Below are positions 55,943-64,000 of a DNA stretch of 64,000 nucleotides, piece by piece (the stretch's first letter is position 1; every line of letters starts with the position of its first letter). This DNA is from Bacteroidota bacterium (GTDB lineage Bacteria; Bacteroidota; Bacteroidia; Bacteroidales; UBA12481): NCBI GenBank assembly GCA_018669475.1, contig JABHCC010000189.1, positions 18,383-82,382 of the forward strand. Direction: 5' to 3'. The notes under the pieces are model-generated. The model saw only the letters and a program-made list of their open reading frames with translations. It was not told the origin of the DNA and made no database searches. The translations under genes were made by a program, and so were the position numbers.

Positions 55943-57847
55943 ATGGAAAGAGATCGAATTAATGAAATTCTCACAAAAATCAGCAGTGTAAGAATTGCCG
56001 TGTATGGAGATTTTTGTCTGGATGCCTATTGGCTTATGGATCCTGATGGATCTGAAGTTTCAGTTGAGACCGGTTTGAAGGCAGAAGCTGTAGCAAGCCA
56101 TGTGTACTCTCCGGGAGGAGCTGGCAATATTGTAGCGAACCTGGCTGCGCTAAAACCGGCTGCCATCAAAGTGATTGGTGTTGCAGGCAACGATATTTAT
56201 GGACGTGAACTATCATCACAGCTCCGCGATCTGGGTGCTGACACTGACGCATTAATCATCCAGAATGAAAAATTTGATACCTATACATACACTAAAAAGT
56301 ACTATGGCGACAAGGAAGATCCCCGGATTGATTTCGGATTGAAAAATAATCGCTCTGAGGATACTGATACTGCCATCCTGCTTAATCTGAAAGATGCACT
56401 CGAAAATTATGATGCTCTGATTTTCAATCAACAGGTTACAGGCAGCATTTCTAAGCTGTCGTTCATTGATGAGGCAAACAAACTCTTCGAGCAGTACAGT
56501 GATAAAATCGTTGTCCTTGATTCACGTCATTTCAATGCAAACTTTCGGAATGTATTCCGGAAAACTAATGAGATTGAAATAGCAGTACTAGGTGGAAAAG
56601 ATGTTAATCCCCAGGATTTTGTTTCAATATCAGAGGTGAGACAATATGGGAGTCAGGAATATGAGCAATACAAAAAACCTGTCTTTGTCACATGTGGAGA
56701 TCGGGGTATTATCAGTATTGACTCATCCGGGATCACAGAGACTCCCGGTATACAATTATTAAAAAAGCTTGATACAGTTGGGGCAGGAGATACCACAATC
56801 AGTGCGCTTTCACTCTGTCTGGCGGCACAAGTCAGCCCTGCCGAATCAGCACAATTTGCCAATCTTGCTGCCGGGGTTACGGTACAGAAATTGTTTACCA
56901 CCGGAACAGCTAATGGCGAAGAGATCATGGCACTTAATGATGATGCTGATTACAACCATCGGCCTGAACTTGCCGTGGATATCCGACTGGCAAAATATCT
57001 GCCGGATTCTGAAATTGAATTGTGCAATAGTGATATCGCATCAAAAGCCGGAAGTATAGAACATGCCCTTTTTGACCATGATGGAACAATAAGCACCTTA
57101 AGGCAAGGGTGGGAAGCTATTATGGAGCCCGTTATGATCAAGGCCATATTGGGAGACAAATATGAAACTGCTGACAGCAATCTCTTCCAGAAGGTAATAG
57201 AACAGGTTGTTGAGTTCATCGATATGTCAACAGGAATACAGACCATTCTGCAAATGGAAGGCCTTGTCAAAATGGTCGATGATTTCAATATTGTTCCGAA
57301 AGAGGAAATCCTGGACAAGTTTGCTTATAAAAAGATCTTTAATGATGCCCTGATGGTGGTTGTTTCCGAAAGACTGGAGAAACTTGTAAGCGGACAATTA
57401 AGTATATCCGACTATACTCTCAAAGGTGCGATCAGGTTTCTGGAAGCGCTGAAAGATAGGGAAATAAAGCTCTATCTTGCCAGTGGGACTGATAAGGATG
57501 ATGTTATTAATGAAGCCCGGATGCTTGGATATGCCGATCTCTTTGATGGTGGCATCTATGGTTCTGAAAATGATATTAAAAAGTATTCGAAAAAGATGAT
57601 TATTAACAAGATCATCAATGAAAACAATCTCAAAGGCAATGAGCTTGTCGTTTTTGGTGATGGTCCTGTTGAGATCAAAGAATGTATTAGGGCAAACGGA
57701 ATAGCCATTGGAGTATCCAGCGATGAAGTCACAAGATATGATCTGAACCTTAAAAAACGAACAAGATTGATCAAGGCAGGGGCACAAATCATTATACCCG
57801 ACTTTTCACAATCAAATCAGCTGATTGAACTATTGTTAAACAATTGA
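55943..57847 (+). CDS. Fusion: PfkB-family sugar(-phosphate) kinase (HldE/RfaE domain-I-like) plus HAD-superfamily phosphatase/mutase domain
   Basis: Kinase motifs: IAVYGDFCLDAYW, GGAGNIVANLAAL and DTVGAGDTTISAL...ANLAAGVTVQK. HAD motifs: LFDHDGTIS (motif I), LASGTDKDD and FGDGPVE. The ATG at 55943 is preferred over 55835, which would overlap the upstream gene. Confidence 0.75.
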   Translation: MERDRINEILTKISSVRIAVYGDFCLDAYWLMDPDGSEVSVETGLKAEAVASHVYSPGGAGNIVANLAALKPAAIKVIGVAGNDIYGRELSSQLRDLGADTDALIIQNEKFDTYTYTKKYYGDKEDPRIDFGLKNNRSEDTDTAILLNLKDALENYDALIFNQQVTGSISKLSFIDEANKLFEQYSDKIVVLDSRHFNANFRNVFRKTNEIEIAVLGGKDVNPQDFVSISEVRQYGSQEYEQYKKPVFVTCGDRGIISIDSSGITETPGIQLLKKLDTVGAGDTTISALSLCLAAQVSPAESAQFANLAAGVTVQKLFTTGTANGEEIMALNDDADYNHRPELAVDIRLAKYLPDSEIELCNSDIASKAGSIEHALFDHDGTISTLRQGWEAIMEPVMIKAILGDKYETADSNLFQKVIEQVVEFIDMSTGIQTILQMEGLVKMVDDFNIVPKEEILDKFAYKKIFNDALMVVVSERLEKLVSGQLSISDYTLKGAIRFLEALKDREIKLYLASGTDKDDVINEARMLGYADLFDGGIYGSENDIKKYSKKMIINKIINENNLKGNELVVFGDGPVEIKECIRANGIAIGVSSDEVTRYDLNLKKRTRLIKAGAQIIIPDFSQSNQLIELLLNN

Positions 57848-57852
57848 GATTC

Positions 57853-58773
57853 ATGAATACAAAGTATCATTCACGAGATTATTATTTAGGACTTGATATT
57901 GGCGGAACAAAGTGCGGCCTTGTATTAGGTGATAAAGATTTTAATCTGCTGGAGAAGATTGTTTTTCCAACAAGGACAGAAAGAGGATACCGCGAGATTA
58001 TTGATGAGTTTATCAGCCGGGCTCACTACTTGCTCGAAAAACACGGTAAAAACCATTTGCTTAAAATAGGCATCAGTTGCGGAGGTCCCCTGGATTCAAA
58101 AAAAGGGATCATATATTCTCCACCCAATTTGCCCGGATGGGATTCTGTACCAATTGTCGATATTTTCAAAAAGGAATTTGATGTTGATGTTGAGGTTCAG
58201 AATGATGCCAATGCCTGCGCATTAGCAGAATGGATGATGGGTGCAGGTGTTGGTACACAAAATATGATTTTTCTGACCTTCGGAACCGGTATGGGTGCAG
58301 GCCTGATACTAAACGGACAACTTTATGCCGGAACAAATGATTTAGCCGGAGAAGTCGGACATATGAGGATGGCTGAAGATGGTCCTGTGGGCTTTGGAAA
58401 GGCAGGCTCTTTTGAAGGTTTCTGTAGCGGAGGCGGAATTGCTCAACTGGCCAAAAGTCGAATGTCTGAAAATATTACAGCCAGGGAGGTATTTGAGGCT
58501 GCAAATTCCGGTGATCCGCTTGCAGAAGAGATCGTACGTATCTCTGCTGAATATCTGGGAAAAGGGCTGGCGGTTTTGATAGATATCCTGAATCCCGAAT
58601 GCATTGTTATCGGAAGTATTTATGCCAGAAATGAGGCTATTTTAAAGCCGTATATTGAAGAAGTTTTGAGTCATGAAGCAATTCCGGCCGCGAATAAGGT
58701 TTGTAAGATACTGCCTGCAGCTTTAGGAGAATCGATAGGTGATTATGCTGCGCTTTGTGTTGCAATGAATTGA
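57853..58773 (+). CDS. ROK-family sugar kinase (the canonical Cys-rich zinc motif is not evident)
   Basis: Motifs LGLDIGGTKCG, CGGPLD and NDANACALAE. The region after GEVGHM reads RMAEDGPVGFGKAGSFEGFCSGGG rather than CxCGxxGCxE. Confidence 0.8.
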   Translation: MNTKYHSRDYYLGLDIGGTKCGLVLGDKDFNLLEKIVFPTRTERGYREIIDEFISRAHYLLEKHGKNHLLKIGISCGGPLDSKKGIIYSPPNLPGWDSVPIVDIFKKEFDVDVEVQNDANACALAEWMMGAGVGTQNMIFLTFGTGMGAGLILNGQLYAGTNDLAGEVGHMRMAEDGPVGFGKAGSFEGFCSGGGIAQLAKSRMSENITAREVFEAANSGDPLAEEIVRISAEYLGKGLAVLIDILNPECIVIGSIYARNEAILKPYIEEVLSHEAIPAANKVCKILPAALGESIGDYAALCVAMN

Positions 58774-58795
58774 AATTCAGGGAAAAACAAGAAGA

Positions 58796-59434
58796 ATGAA
58801 AGAAGAAGTTTATATAAATGACTTGGTTAAACGCTATCCCGCACTTGAATCATGTAAAGGGGATATCAATCAGGCTATCCAGGCAATCATCAAATGCTAT
58901 TCAGATAATGGTAAGCTTTTGATTTGTGGTAATGGAGGTAGCTGTGCTGATGCTGATCATATAGTAGGAGAGCTGATGAAGAGTTTTGAAAAGCAGCGAC
59001 CAGTTGATGATGAGCTAAGAAATAGCCTGTTATCTGTTTCTGATGAGAGGGGTAGCAGTATCGCCGGCAGACTGCAAAAGGCCCTTCCTGCAATCTCGCT
59101 AAATGCACATACTGCTCTGTACTCTGCCATTGCGAATGATATAGATGCTGAGATCGTTTTTGCTCAGCAGGTAGCCGGTTATGGAGAAAAGGGTGATGTA
59201 TTGATAGCTATCAGCACATCAGGAAATTCTCAGAATGTCATCGATGCCGCAATTACTGCCAAAGCGCTTGGATTAACAGTTATCGCACTTACCGGACAAA
59301 ATGGAGGGAAAATGAAACAATACAGTGATATCGCCGTTTGTGTTCCAGCTGATAATACTGCAGATGTACAGGAGTTTCATCTTCCGGTTTATCACACAAT
59401 TTGTAAGATGGTAGAAAGTTGGTTCTATGAGTAA
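58796..59434 (+). CDS. SIS-domain sugar-phosphate isomerase, GmhA (sedoheptulose-7-phosphate isomerase)-like
   Basis: GKLLICGNGGSCADADHIVGEL, GDVLIAISTSGNSQNVIDA, LTGQNGGKM and VQEFHLPVYH parallel the E. coli GmhA blocks as I recall them. Confidence 0.8.
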   Translation: MKEEVYINDLVKRYPALESCKGDINQAIQAIIKCYSDNGKLLICGNGGSCADADHIVGELMKSFEKQRPVDDELRNSLLSVSDERGSSIAGRLQKALPAISLNAHTALYSAIANDIDAEIVFAQQVAGYGEKGDVLIAISTSGNSQNVIDAAITAKALGLTVIALTGQNGGKMKQYSDIAVCVPADNTADVQEFHLPVYHTICKMVESWFYE

Positions 59435-60899
59435 AAAGAATAACCTGATTATAGTAGCGATCATTGCAGTGTTTGCTTTGATCTCTGTCCTTTTCCATTA
59501 TCCAGTTCAGATCATTGATGCTCTGAGCTCAGAAACAGTTCCGGGTTTTGGGCTTAGAATTACGGTCTGGCGAGTGATCTTTGAACCATTTTTGGGGATA
59601 TTATTGTTTTATCTGAGAGCAGATCAACCAATACTGGAATTCGTGATGTTGTTGATCTGGGTACTGGTATTTTATCTTCTTATCACGGTAACTTTTCGAG
59701 TTCTAAGAAAAGATAATGGCTTGGGTAAAATGGTGTTAAAGAGCCTCTGGATGTGGTTAAAAAATGTGCCCCTGATTGTGAGTCTTTGGCTCGGATTACT
59801 GGTATTGATCATTTTTATTGCTCTTCCTGCCAACACTATTCAGAATGATCGGGAAAATGCTGTTTTGATCAATACCCACAGCCATTCAGAATATAGCCAC
59901 GACGGGATTATTTCTCAGAAGAGGCTTCAGAAGTGGCATGGGAAGCATAACTTCGATGCCTTTTTTATCACGGATCATAATCATCACGAAAAAACTATGG
60001 AGGCTGTGCAAGCCCAGAGAGATGGGAATTTCCCTTCTGAGCCCCTGATTATATGTGGTGAGGAGTTTTCAGGCAGTAACCACATGACTTTGCTTGGGCT
60101 AAAAAGGAATTTTATAACCCGGGGCCTTACTGATCTGCAAGTAATTGATTCTACACATTATGATAATGGGATTGTTATTGTAGCACACTGGTTCGATGGA
60201 GAACGAGAATCTTTACCCTTTTTTATTGACCTGGATGTTGACGGTTTTGAAATTGCGAATCAGGGACCGGAATCAGTTTATGACAAGCGTATTTTTAATA
60301 GTATTGTGGACGCCTGTACAGCCAATGGCTTGATCATGAATGGAGCTGTGGATTATCATGGATACGGAAGCACCTGTTTTACCTGGAACGCTCTTGACAT
60401 TCCTGGATGGAATGATATGGATATGGATCAGAAACAGGAATCCATATTAAATGTTCTGCGCCAAAGGGATATGAGTAAAATTACAGTGCTGATTTATGAT
60501 GATAGAAAAGCATTTAATCCTGAACTGGTTTATTTAAGCCCTGTTTTTTCGATAATTAACTATCTACGAACCTTGAACTTCTTTCAGATTCTTTCCTGGT
60601 TTATTTGGTTGATCATTATTCAAATCATCAGGCTGCGATTTTTTAACAGAAACAGATCTGGGCAAGCAAATTCATCCTCCTTGCAACTTATAGAAATGCT
60701 GACTATTCTCAGCGGTCTTTTCATGTTGATCCTGGGATTGATTCTAATCAACAGGTCTTCTTCTCTGACAGATTACAATGATATTTATTTGGAATATGGA
60801 ACAGCATTGTGTTGGATTGGAGGAGGTGCCCTCACATACTTGGTGATATTAGTAGTTCTTAAAAAAAGACTCAGACGGTTAAAATCAACACATGCGTAA
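59427..60899 (+). CDS. Integral-membrane PHP-domain metal-dependent phosphoesterase
   Basis: About 4 N-terminal and about 3 C-terminal TM helices flank a PHP domain (INTHSHSEYSHDG, FFITDHNHHE). Overlaps the upstream stop by 8 nt. Confidence 0.65.
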   Translation: MSKKNNLIIVAIIAVFALISVLFHYPVQIIDALSSETVPGFGLRITVWRVIFEPFLGILLFYLRADQPILEFVMLLIWVLVFYLLITVTFRVLRKDNGLGKMVLKSLWMWLKNVPLIVSLWLGLLVLIIFIALPANTIQNDRENAVLINTHSHSEYSHDGIISQKRLQKWHGKHNFDAFFITDHNHHEKTMEAVQAQRDGNFPSEPLIICGEEFSGSNHMTLLGLKRNFITRGLTDLQVIDSTHYDNGIVIVAHWFDGERESLPFFIDLDVDGFEIANQGPESVYDKRIFNSIVDACTANGLIMNGAVDYHGYGSTCFTWNALDIPGWNDMDMDQKQESILNVLRQRDMSKITVLIYDDRKAFNPELVYLSPVFSIINYLRTLNFFQILSWFIWLIIIQIIRLRFFNRNRSGQANSSSLQLIEMLTILSGLFMLILGLILINRSSSLTDYNDIYLEYGTALCWIGGGALTYLVILVVLKKRLRRLKSTHA

Positions 60900-60921
60900 A
60901 GCCTGTGAAAAACAATAAGAG

Positions 60922-62478
60922 ATGAAAAAGTGGTTAATTAGAATAGGTGCTGTAATTATCGGAATTGCTATTCTTATGTGTTTATGGGTAATGTGGAATT
61001 TAAAGGATCGCCATTCCGGATACGAGATTGATTTGACTCTTAAAACCTCGGATCTGCCGGGCAGTTTAAAAGTTGGTTTTGCTGCTCTACCTATAACCCC
61101 CGATATTATTGATACTTGGAACGATGTTAACGATGATGCAGAATACAGTGAAAAAGATGGGGATACCTATAACGACAATAATACTAATGGCAAGTTCGAT
61201 GCATACTGGATAGCAGGCTTCAGCCAGGCCCGGGCAGCCAACGGCGTTCATGATGATGTATGGGCTCGTGTGGTCGTCTTTGATGATGGCGCAAGCAGGT
61301 TTGCTTTGGTTTCACTTGATGCAATTGGATTTCGTCATGATGATGTTGTTGATATCAGAAAAATGATTCCGGATGATGCGGGAATAGATTATGCTATAAT
61401 CTCAAGTACACATACACATGAAAGTAATGATTTGATCGGGATTTGGGGGAAAGGTTGGTTCTCCAGCGGCGTAAACAAGGAGCACATGCAGTATGTGAAG
61501 AAACAGGCTGTCACTGCTATCACTCAGGCTGTGAGTAATTTAAGGCCAGCAAGATTGAGTTTTGCCCAGGATCTTACAGGAGCTGAGGATCTTCTTATGG
61601 ACACCCGGAAGCCTATTGTAACAGATTCGGGACTCCGACTTATACAGGCTATTGATTCCGAAACCAATACTACTCTTGGCGTTTTGCTTGCCTGGGCAAA
61701 TCATCCCGAAACGCTCTGGTCTGACAATCTGTTTATCAGCTCAGATTTCCCGCATTATGTTAGGGAATATATTGAAAATGGAGTGTACGACGGAGATTCA
61801 TTAGTGAGGCCCGGACTCGGCGGTACAGCAGTTTATATTAACGGGGCAATTGGTGGTTTAATGACTACCAGAGGCAGCATGCCGATAAACGATCCGTTTT
61901 CAGATACTGTTTATATTGAACCAACTTTTGATAAAGCAAAAGCTCAGGGACAAAAACTCGCATTATTGGCACTTAATGCCCTGGCTAAACCTGATACTAT
62001 TATTGAGAAAGCAAATATTTCACTTAGAGCTAAAACCTTATTATTGCCATTAGATAATAATATGTTTCGTCTAGCCGCTTCCCTGGGAATCCTGGATTTT
62101 GGGATGAAGGGATGGTTTAAAATACGATCAGAAATTGCTGCATTCTCTTTAGGTCCGGCAAGTTTTCTGTGTATTCCAGGTGAAATCTATCCTGAAATCA
62201 TTAACGGTGGAATTGAAACGCCTGAAGGACAGGATTACAATACAGATATTGTTGAGACACCACCTCTGCGAAACCTAATGCCAGGTGAGTTTAAATTCAT
62301 TATTGGTTTAGCTAATGATGAGATTGGCTATATAATTCCCAAAAGCGAGTGGGATAATGAACAACCGTTTATCTATGATGATGCTGATGATTCTCCATAC
62401 GGGGAAGAAAACTCTATCGGTCCGGAAACAGCCCCAATACTTTACAAAGAGCTAAAGGGGATATTAGGAGAATTGTAG
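60922..62478 (+). CDS. Membrane-anchored neutral/alkaline-ceramidase-like amidohydrolase (paralogue 3)
   Basis: N-terminal TM segment (IGAVIIGIAILMCLWVMW). Motifs GVHDDVWARVVVFDDG...SLDAIGF and SSTHTHESNDL. Asp/Asn-rich insert NDVNDDAEYSEKDGDTYNDNNTNGKFD. Confidence 0.65.
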   Translation: MKKWLIRIGAVIIGIAILMCLWVMWNLKDRHSGYEIDLTLKTSDLPGSLKVGFAALPITPDIIDTWNDVNDDAEYSEKDGDTYNDNNTNGKFDAYWIAGFSQARAANGVHDDVWARVVVFDDGASRFALVSLDAIGFRHDDVVDIRKMIPDDAGIDYAIISSTHTHESNDLIGIWGKGWFSSGVNKEHMQYVKKQAVTAITQAVSNLRPARLSFAQDLTGAEDLLMDTRKPIVTDSGLRLIQAIDSETNTTLGVLLAWANHPETLWSDNLFISSDFPHYVREYIENGVYDGDSLVRPGLGGTAVYINGAIGGLMTTRGSMPINDPFSDTVYIEPTFDKAKAQGQKLALLALNALAKPDTIIEKANISLRAKTLLLPLDNNMFRLAASLGILDFGMKGWFKIRSEIAAFSLGPASFLCIPGEIYPEIINGGIETPEGQDYNTDIVETPPLRNLMPGEFKFIIGLANDEIGYIIPKSEWDNEQPFIYDDADDSPYGEENSIGPETAPILYKELKGILGEL

Positions 62479-62491
62479 GGTAGCTGTATCC

Positions 62492-64000
62492 TCAAAATTT
62501 CACTCTGGCTTGCAAGGTGATATTCCTTGGTGCCCCTATATCTCCTGGTCTGCCAATATATTCCTTATTAAGCAGGTTTCTTGCTATCAGATTAAATCTG
62601 ATGAACTCATTGATTTTCCATGCTAAGCGCATATCCATAAGAAAGTATCCGGAGTTATTATTCTTCTGGTAATCGGGATATCCGGGAAGGAAGAAATTAC
62701 CAAAGAACCGATCGATAAATACATCGTCAACACTAACCATTCTACTGGAGTATTTTATATTTACACCAAGAAGCAGACGTTTCGTTTCAGCCTCAAAATC
62801 TGCTTTAAAAGCATGCTTGTACCTGTATTTCAGAATGTAATCGTCGGGCTCTAATCCTTCTTCTGTTAATTTGTCAATATCTATGGGATGCATAAAAGTA
62901 TATCCTGAAATAATCCGAAAAACAACCGGGGAGTAAGTTACTTCACCCATAAAGGTGAGTTCAGCTCCTGTGATACGGGCATTTCCAATATTCAGTGCTT
63001 TAAATCCGAGATAGTCGTAGCTGGGATATAAGATCGAATCGGGAGCATACATTCCGAAAGTGTATTCGATCATATTGTTGTATTTGGTCTGGAAAAGTGC
63101 GAGATCGGCATATCCTCTCCACCTCCCCAAGGATAATCCCTGTTTAACTCCAATTTCAGCACTCCATCCCTTTTCGGGATCTAAATCGTGATTCGGAAAT
63201 ATTCTTAAGCCACCAACTTCGGCACTTGCAAATTTCTCGGCAAGTGATGGAAAGCGGTAGCCCTGTCCTAATGAACTTCTTATGAATGTAGCCTTGCCAA
63301 TCCTGTAGTTTAAGCCCATCCGTAACACAGGTAAAGCATTGTAAGACAAGCCATCAAGCATATTCATTTCCCACCTTACTCCCCCGGATAATTTGAATCT
63401 TTCACCTACTCTGGCATCGAGCTGTGAATAGATAGCATAATTTGCTGAGTTATGATTATCAAGCAGTCTGGCCTCAATCTTTGATTTTGTTACAGAGGTT
63501 CCGCTTGACCATACAATCCCGTTTTTAAAATTCTTCTGATATCTGTAATCCGTATAAACGGTTCTTGCATAACTACTTTTGTTTTTATCAAGAGTGGCAT
63601 TTCCAATGGTATATATTCTTGTTTTCAATGAATGTTTACCTCCTTTTGCAGTGATGTATTCTGCGTACGGATCAATGTTGTACCTTAGTCCCAAATAGGG
63701 ATCATAAGATGCAGGATTCTGCCTGTATGCTCCTGAGTCTGCATCCTGCCATAATAAGAAGTTAGATGCATCAACAGACATAATGCTGCTTGATATACCA
63801 GCTATTAAACCCGGCACTTTTTTAAATCGGTATCGCAGATTTAAGTTTCCCCGTCCGCGTTTCTCATACTCCAATTCCCTGTATCCGTTATCCTGAAAGT
63901 AATTACCGCTGATCATCACATCCAGGTTCCCGATTTTCCTGAGGTGCGAGATTGTAGTCCCGGCAAAAACCGGTGAGCTGTCCCACCAGACCAGCTCCTT
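62492..64000 (-). CDS. TonB-dependent receptor, C-terminal beta-barrel portion (N-terminus lies beyond the window)
   Basis: Alternating beta-strand pattern ending ...NITLQARVKF (terminal Phe). The minus-strand frame stays open upstream of 63919 to nt 64000 (KELVWWDSSPVFAGTTISHLRKIGNLD...). Confidence 0.8.
   Translation of the reverse strand, partial: KELVWWDSSPVFAGTTISHLRKIGNLDVMISGNYFQDNGYRELEYEKRGRGNLNLRYRFKKVPGLIAGISSSIMSVDASNFLLWQDADSGAYRQNPASYDPYLGLRYNIDPYAEYITAKGGKHSLKTRIYTIGNATLDKNKSSYARTVYTDYRYQKNFKNGIVWSSGTSVTKSKIEARLLDNHNSANYAIYSQLDARVGERFKLSGGVRWEMNMLDGLSYNALPVLRMGLNYRIGKATFIRSSLGQGYRFPSLAEKFASAEVGGLRIFPNHDLDPEKGWSAEIGVKQGLSLGRWRGYADLALFQTKYNNMIEYTFGMYAPDSILYPSYDYLGFKALNIGNARITGAELTFMGEVTYSPVVFRIISGYTFMHPIDIDKLTEEGLEPDDYILKYRYKHAFKADFEAETKRLLLGVNIKYSSRMVSVDDVFIDRFFGNFFLPGYPDYQKNNNSGYFLMDMRLAWKINEFIRFNLIARNLLNKEYIGRPGDIGAPRNITLQARVKF

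Noticed and set aside
55943-59434. Annotating the GmhA-like, HldE-like and HAD genes as LPS/capsule NDP-heptose biosynthesis
   Set aside because: The window has no nucleotidyltransferase, heptosyltransferase or other glycosyltransferase. The genes are translationally packed with transporters and hydrolases in a catabolic array. I kept this as a hypothesis to test rather than a call.
1-64000. Looked for rRNA, tRNA, CRISPR arrays, transposases/integrases, phage genes and defence systems
   Set aside because: No direct-repeat/spacer arrays were seen, and no ORF carries transposase, integrase or reverse-transcriptase motifs. Every ORF over 200 aa is explained by a metabolic, transport or regulatory call. 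A tRNA scan by eye is weak, so tRNAscan-SE should still be run. The intergenic space is very limited.

Overview
This 64-kb window is almost entirely coding and looks like a Bacteroidota glycan-utilisation island. The phylum call rests on a SusC/SusD pair, a T9SS-type C-terminal sorting domain, many lipoprotein signal peptides and TAnnTTTG-like promoter boxes. I saw no rRNA, tRNA, CRISPR array, transposase or integrase.

Gene organisation, in order:
- 1-7144 (+): GH29 fucosidase, a sulfatase::GH29 fusion, an MFS sugar porter and a secreted S1 protease.
- 7208-8059 (-): an AraC regulator, the only regulator in the window.
- 8229-23043 (+): a tightly packed array with a DHDPS/sialate-lyase-family aldolase, an SSS transporter, three BNR/Asp-box propeller proteins (two are unusual fusions), an unknown polytopic membrane protein, a GH20-like protein and a large unknown lipoprotein.
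- 29275-23101 (-): SusC, SusD and a purple-acid-phosphatase-like esterase.
- 29451-35284 (+): alpha/beta hydrolases, GH31, a YdjC deacetylase and a PKD lipoprotein.
- 40568-35392 (-): AGE epimerase, GH92 and a ceramidase-like protein.
- 40727-62478 (+): a 22-kb array with two GH92 genes, an SSS transporter, two mini membrane proteins, a signal-less CsxA-like GH2, a DegT aminotransferase, a Gfo/Idh/MocA oxidoreductase, a PhoPQ-related hydrolase, an MFS transporter, an unknown protein, a PfkB::HAD fusion, a ROK kinase, a GmhA-like SIS protein, a membrane PHP esterase and a ceramidase-like protein.
- 62492-64000 (-): a truncated TonB-dependent receptor.

Most interesting observations:
- A BNR::neutral-ceramidase-like fusion, with two further ceramidase-like paralogues in the window.
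- A BNR::DUF6807 fusion.
- A sulfatase::GH29::discoidin fusion.
- A probably cytoplasmic amino-sugar or heptose-like module that resembles the kanosamine and heptose biosynthetic enzyme sets but sits inside a catabolic operon.
- A G10 homopolymer at codons 24-27 of the GH2 gene that heads this module.

All family calls come from motifs I recognised by eye. No database search or HMM was run.
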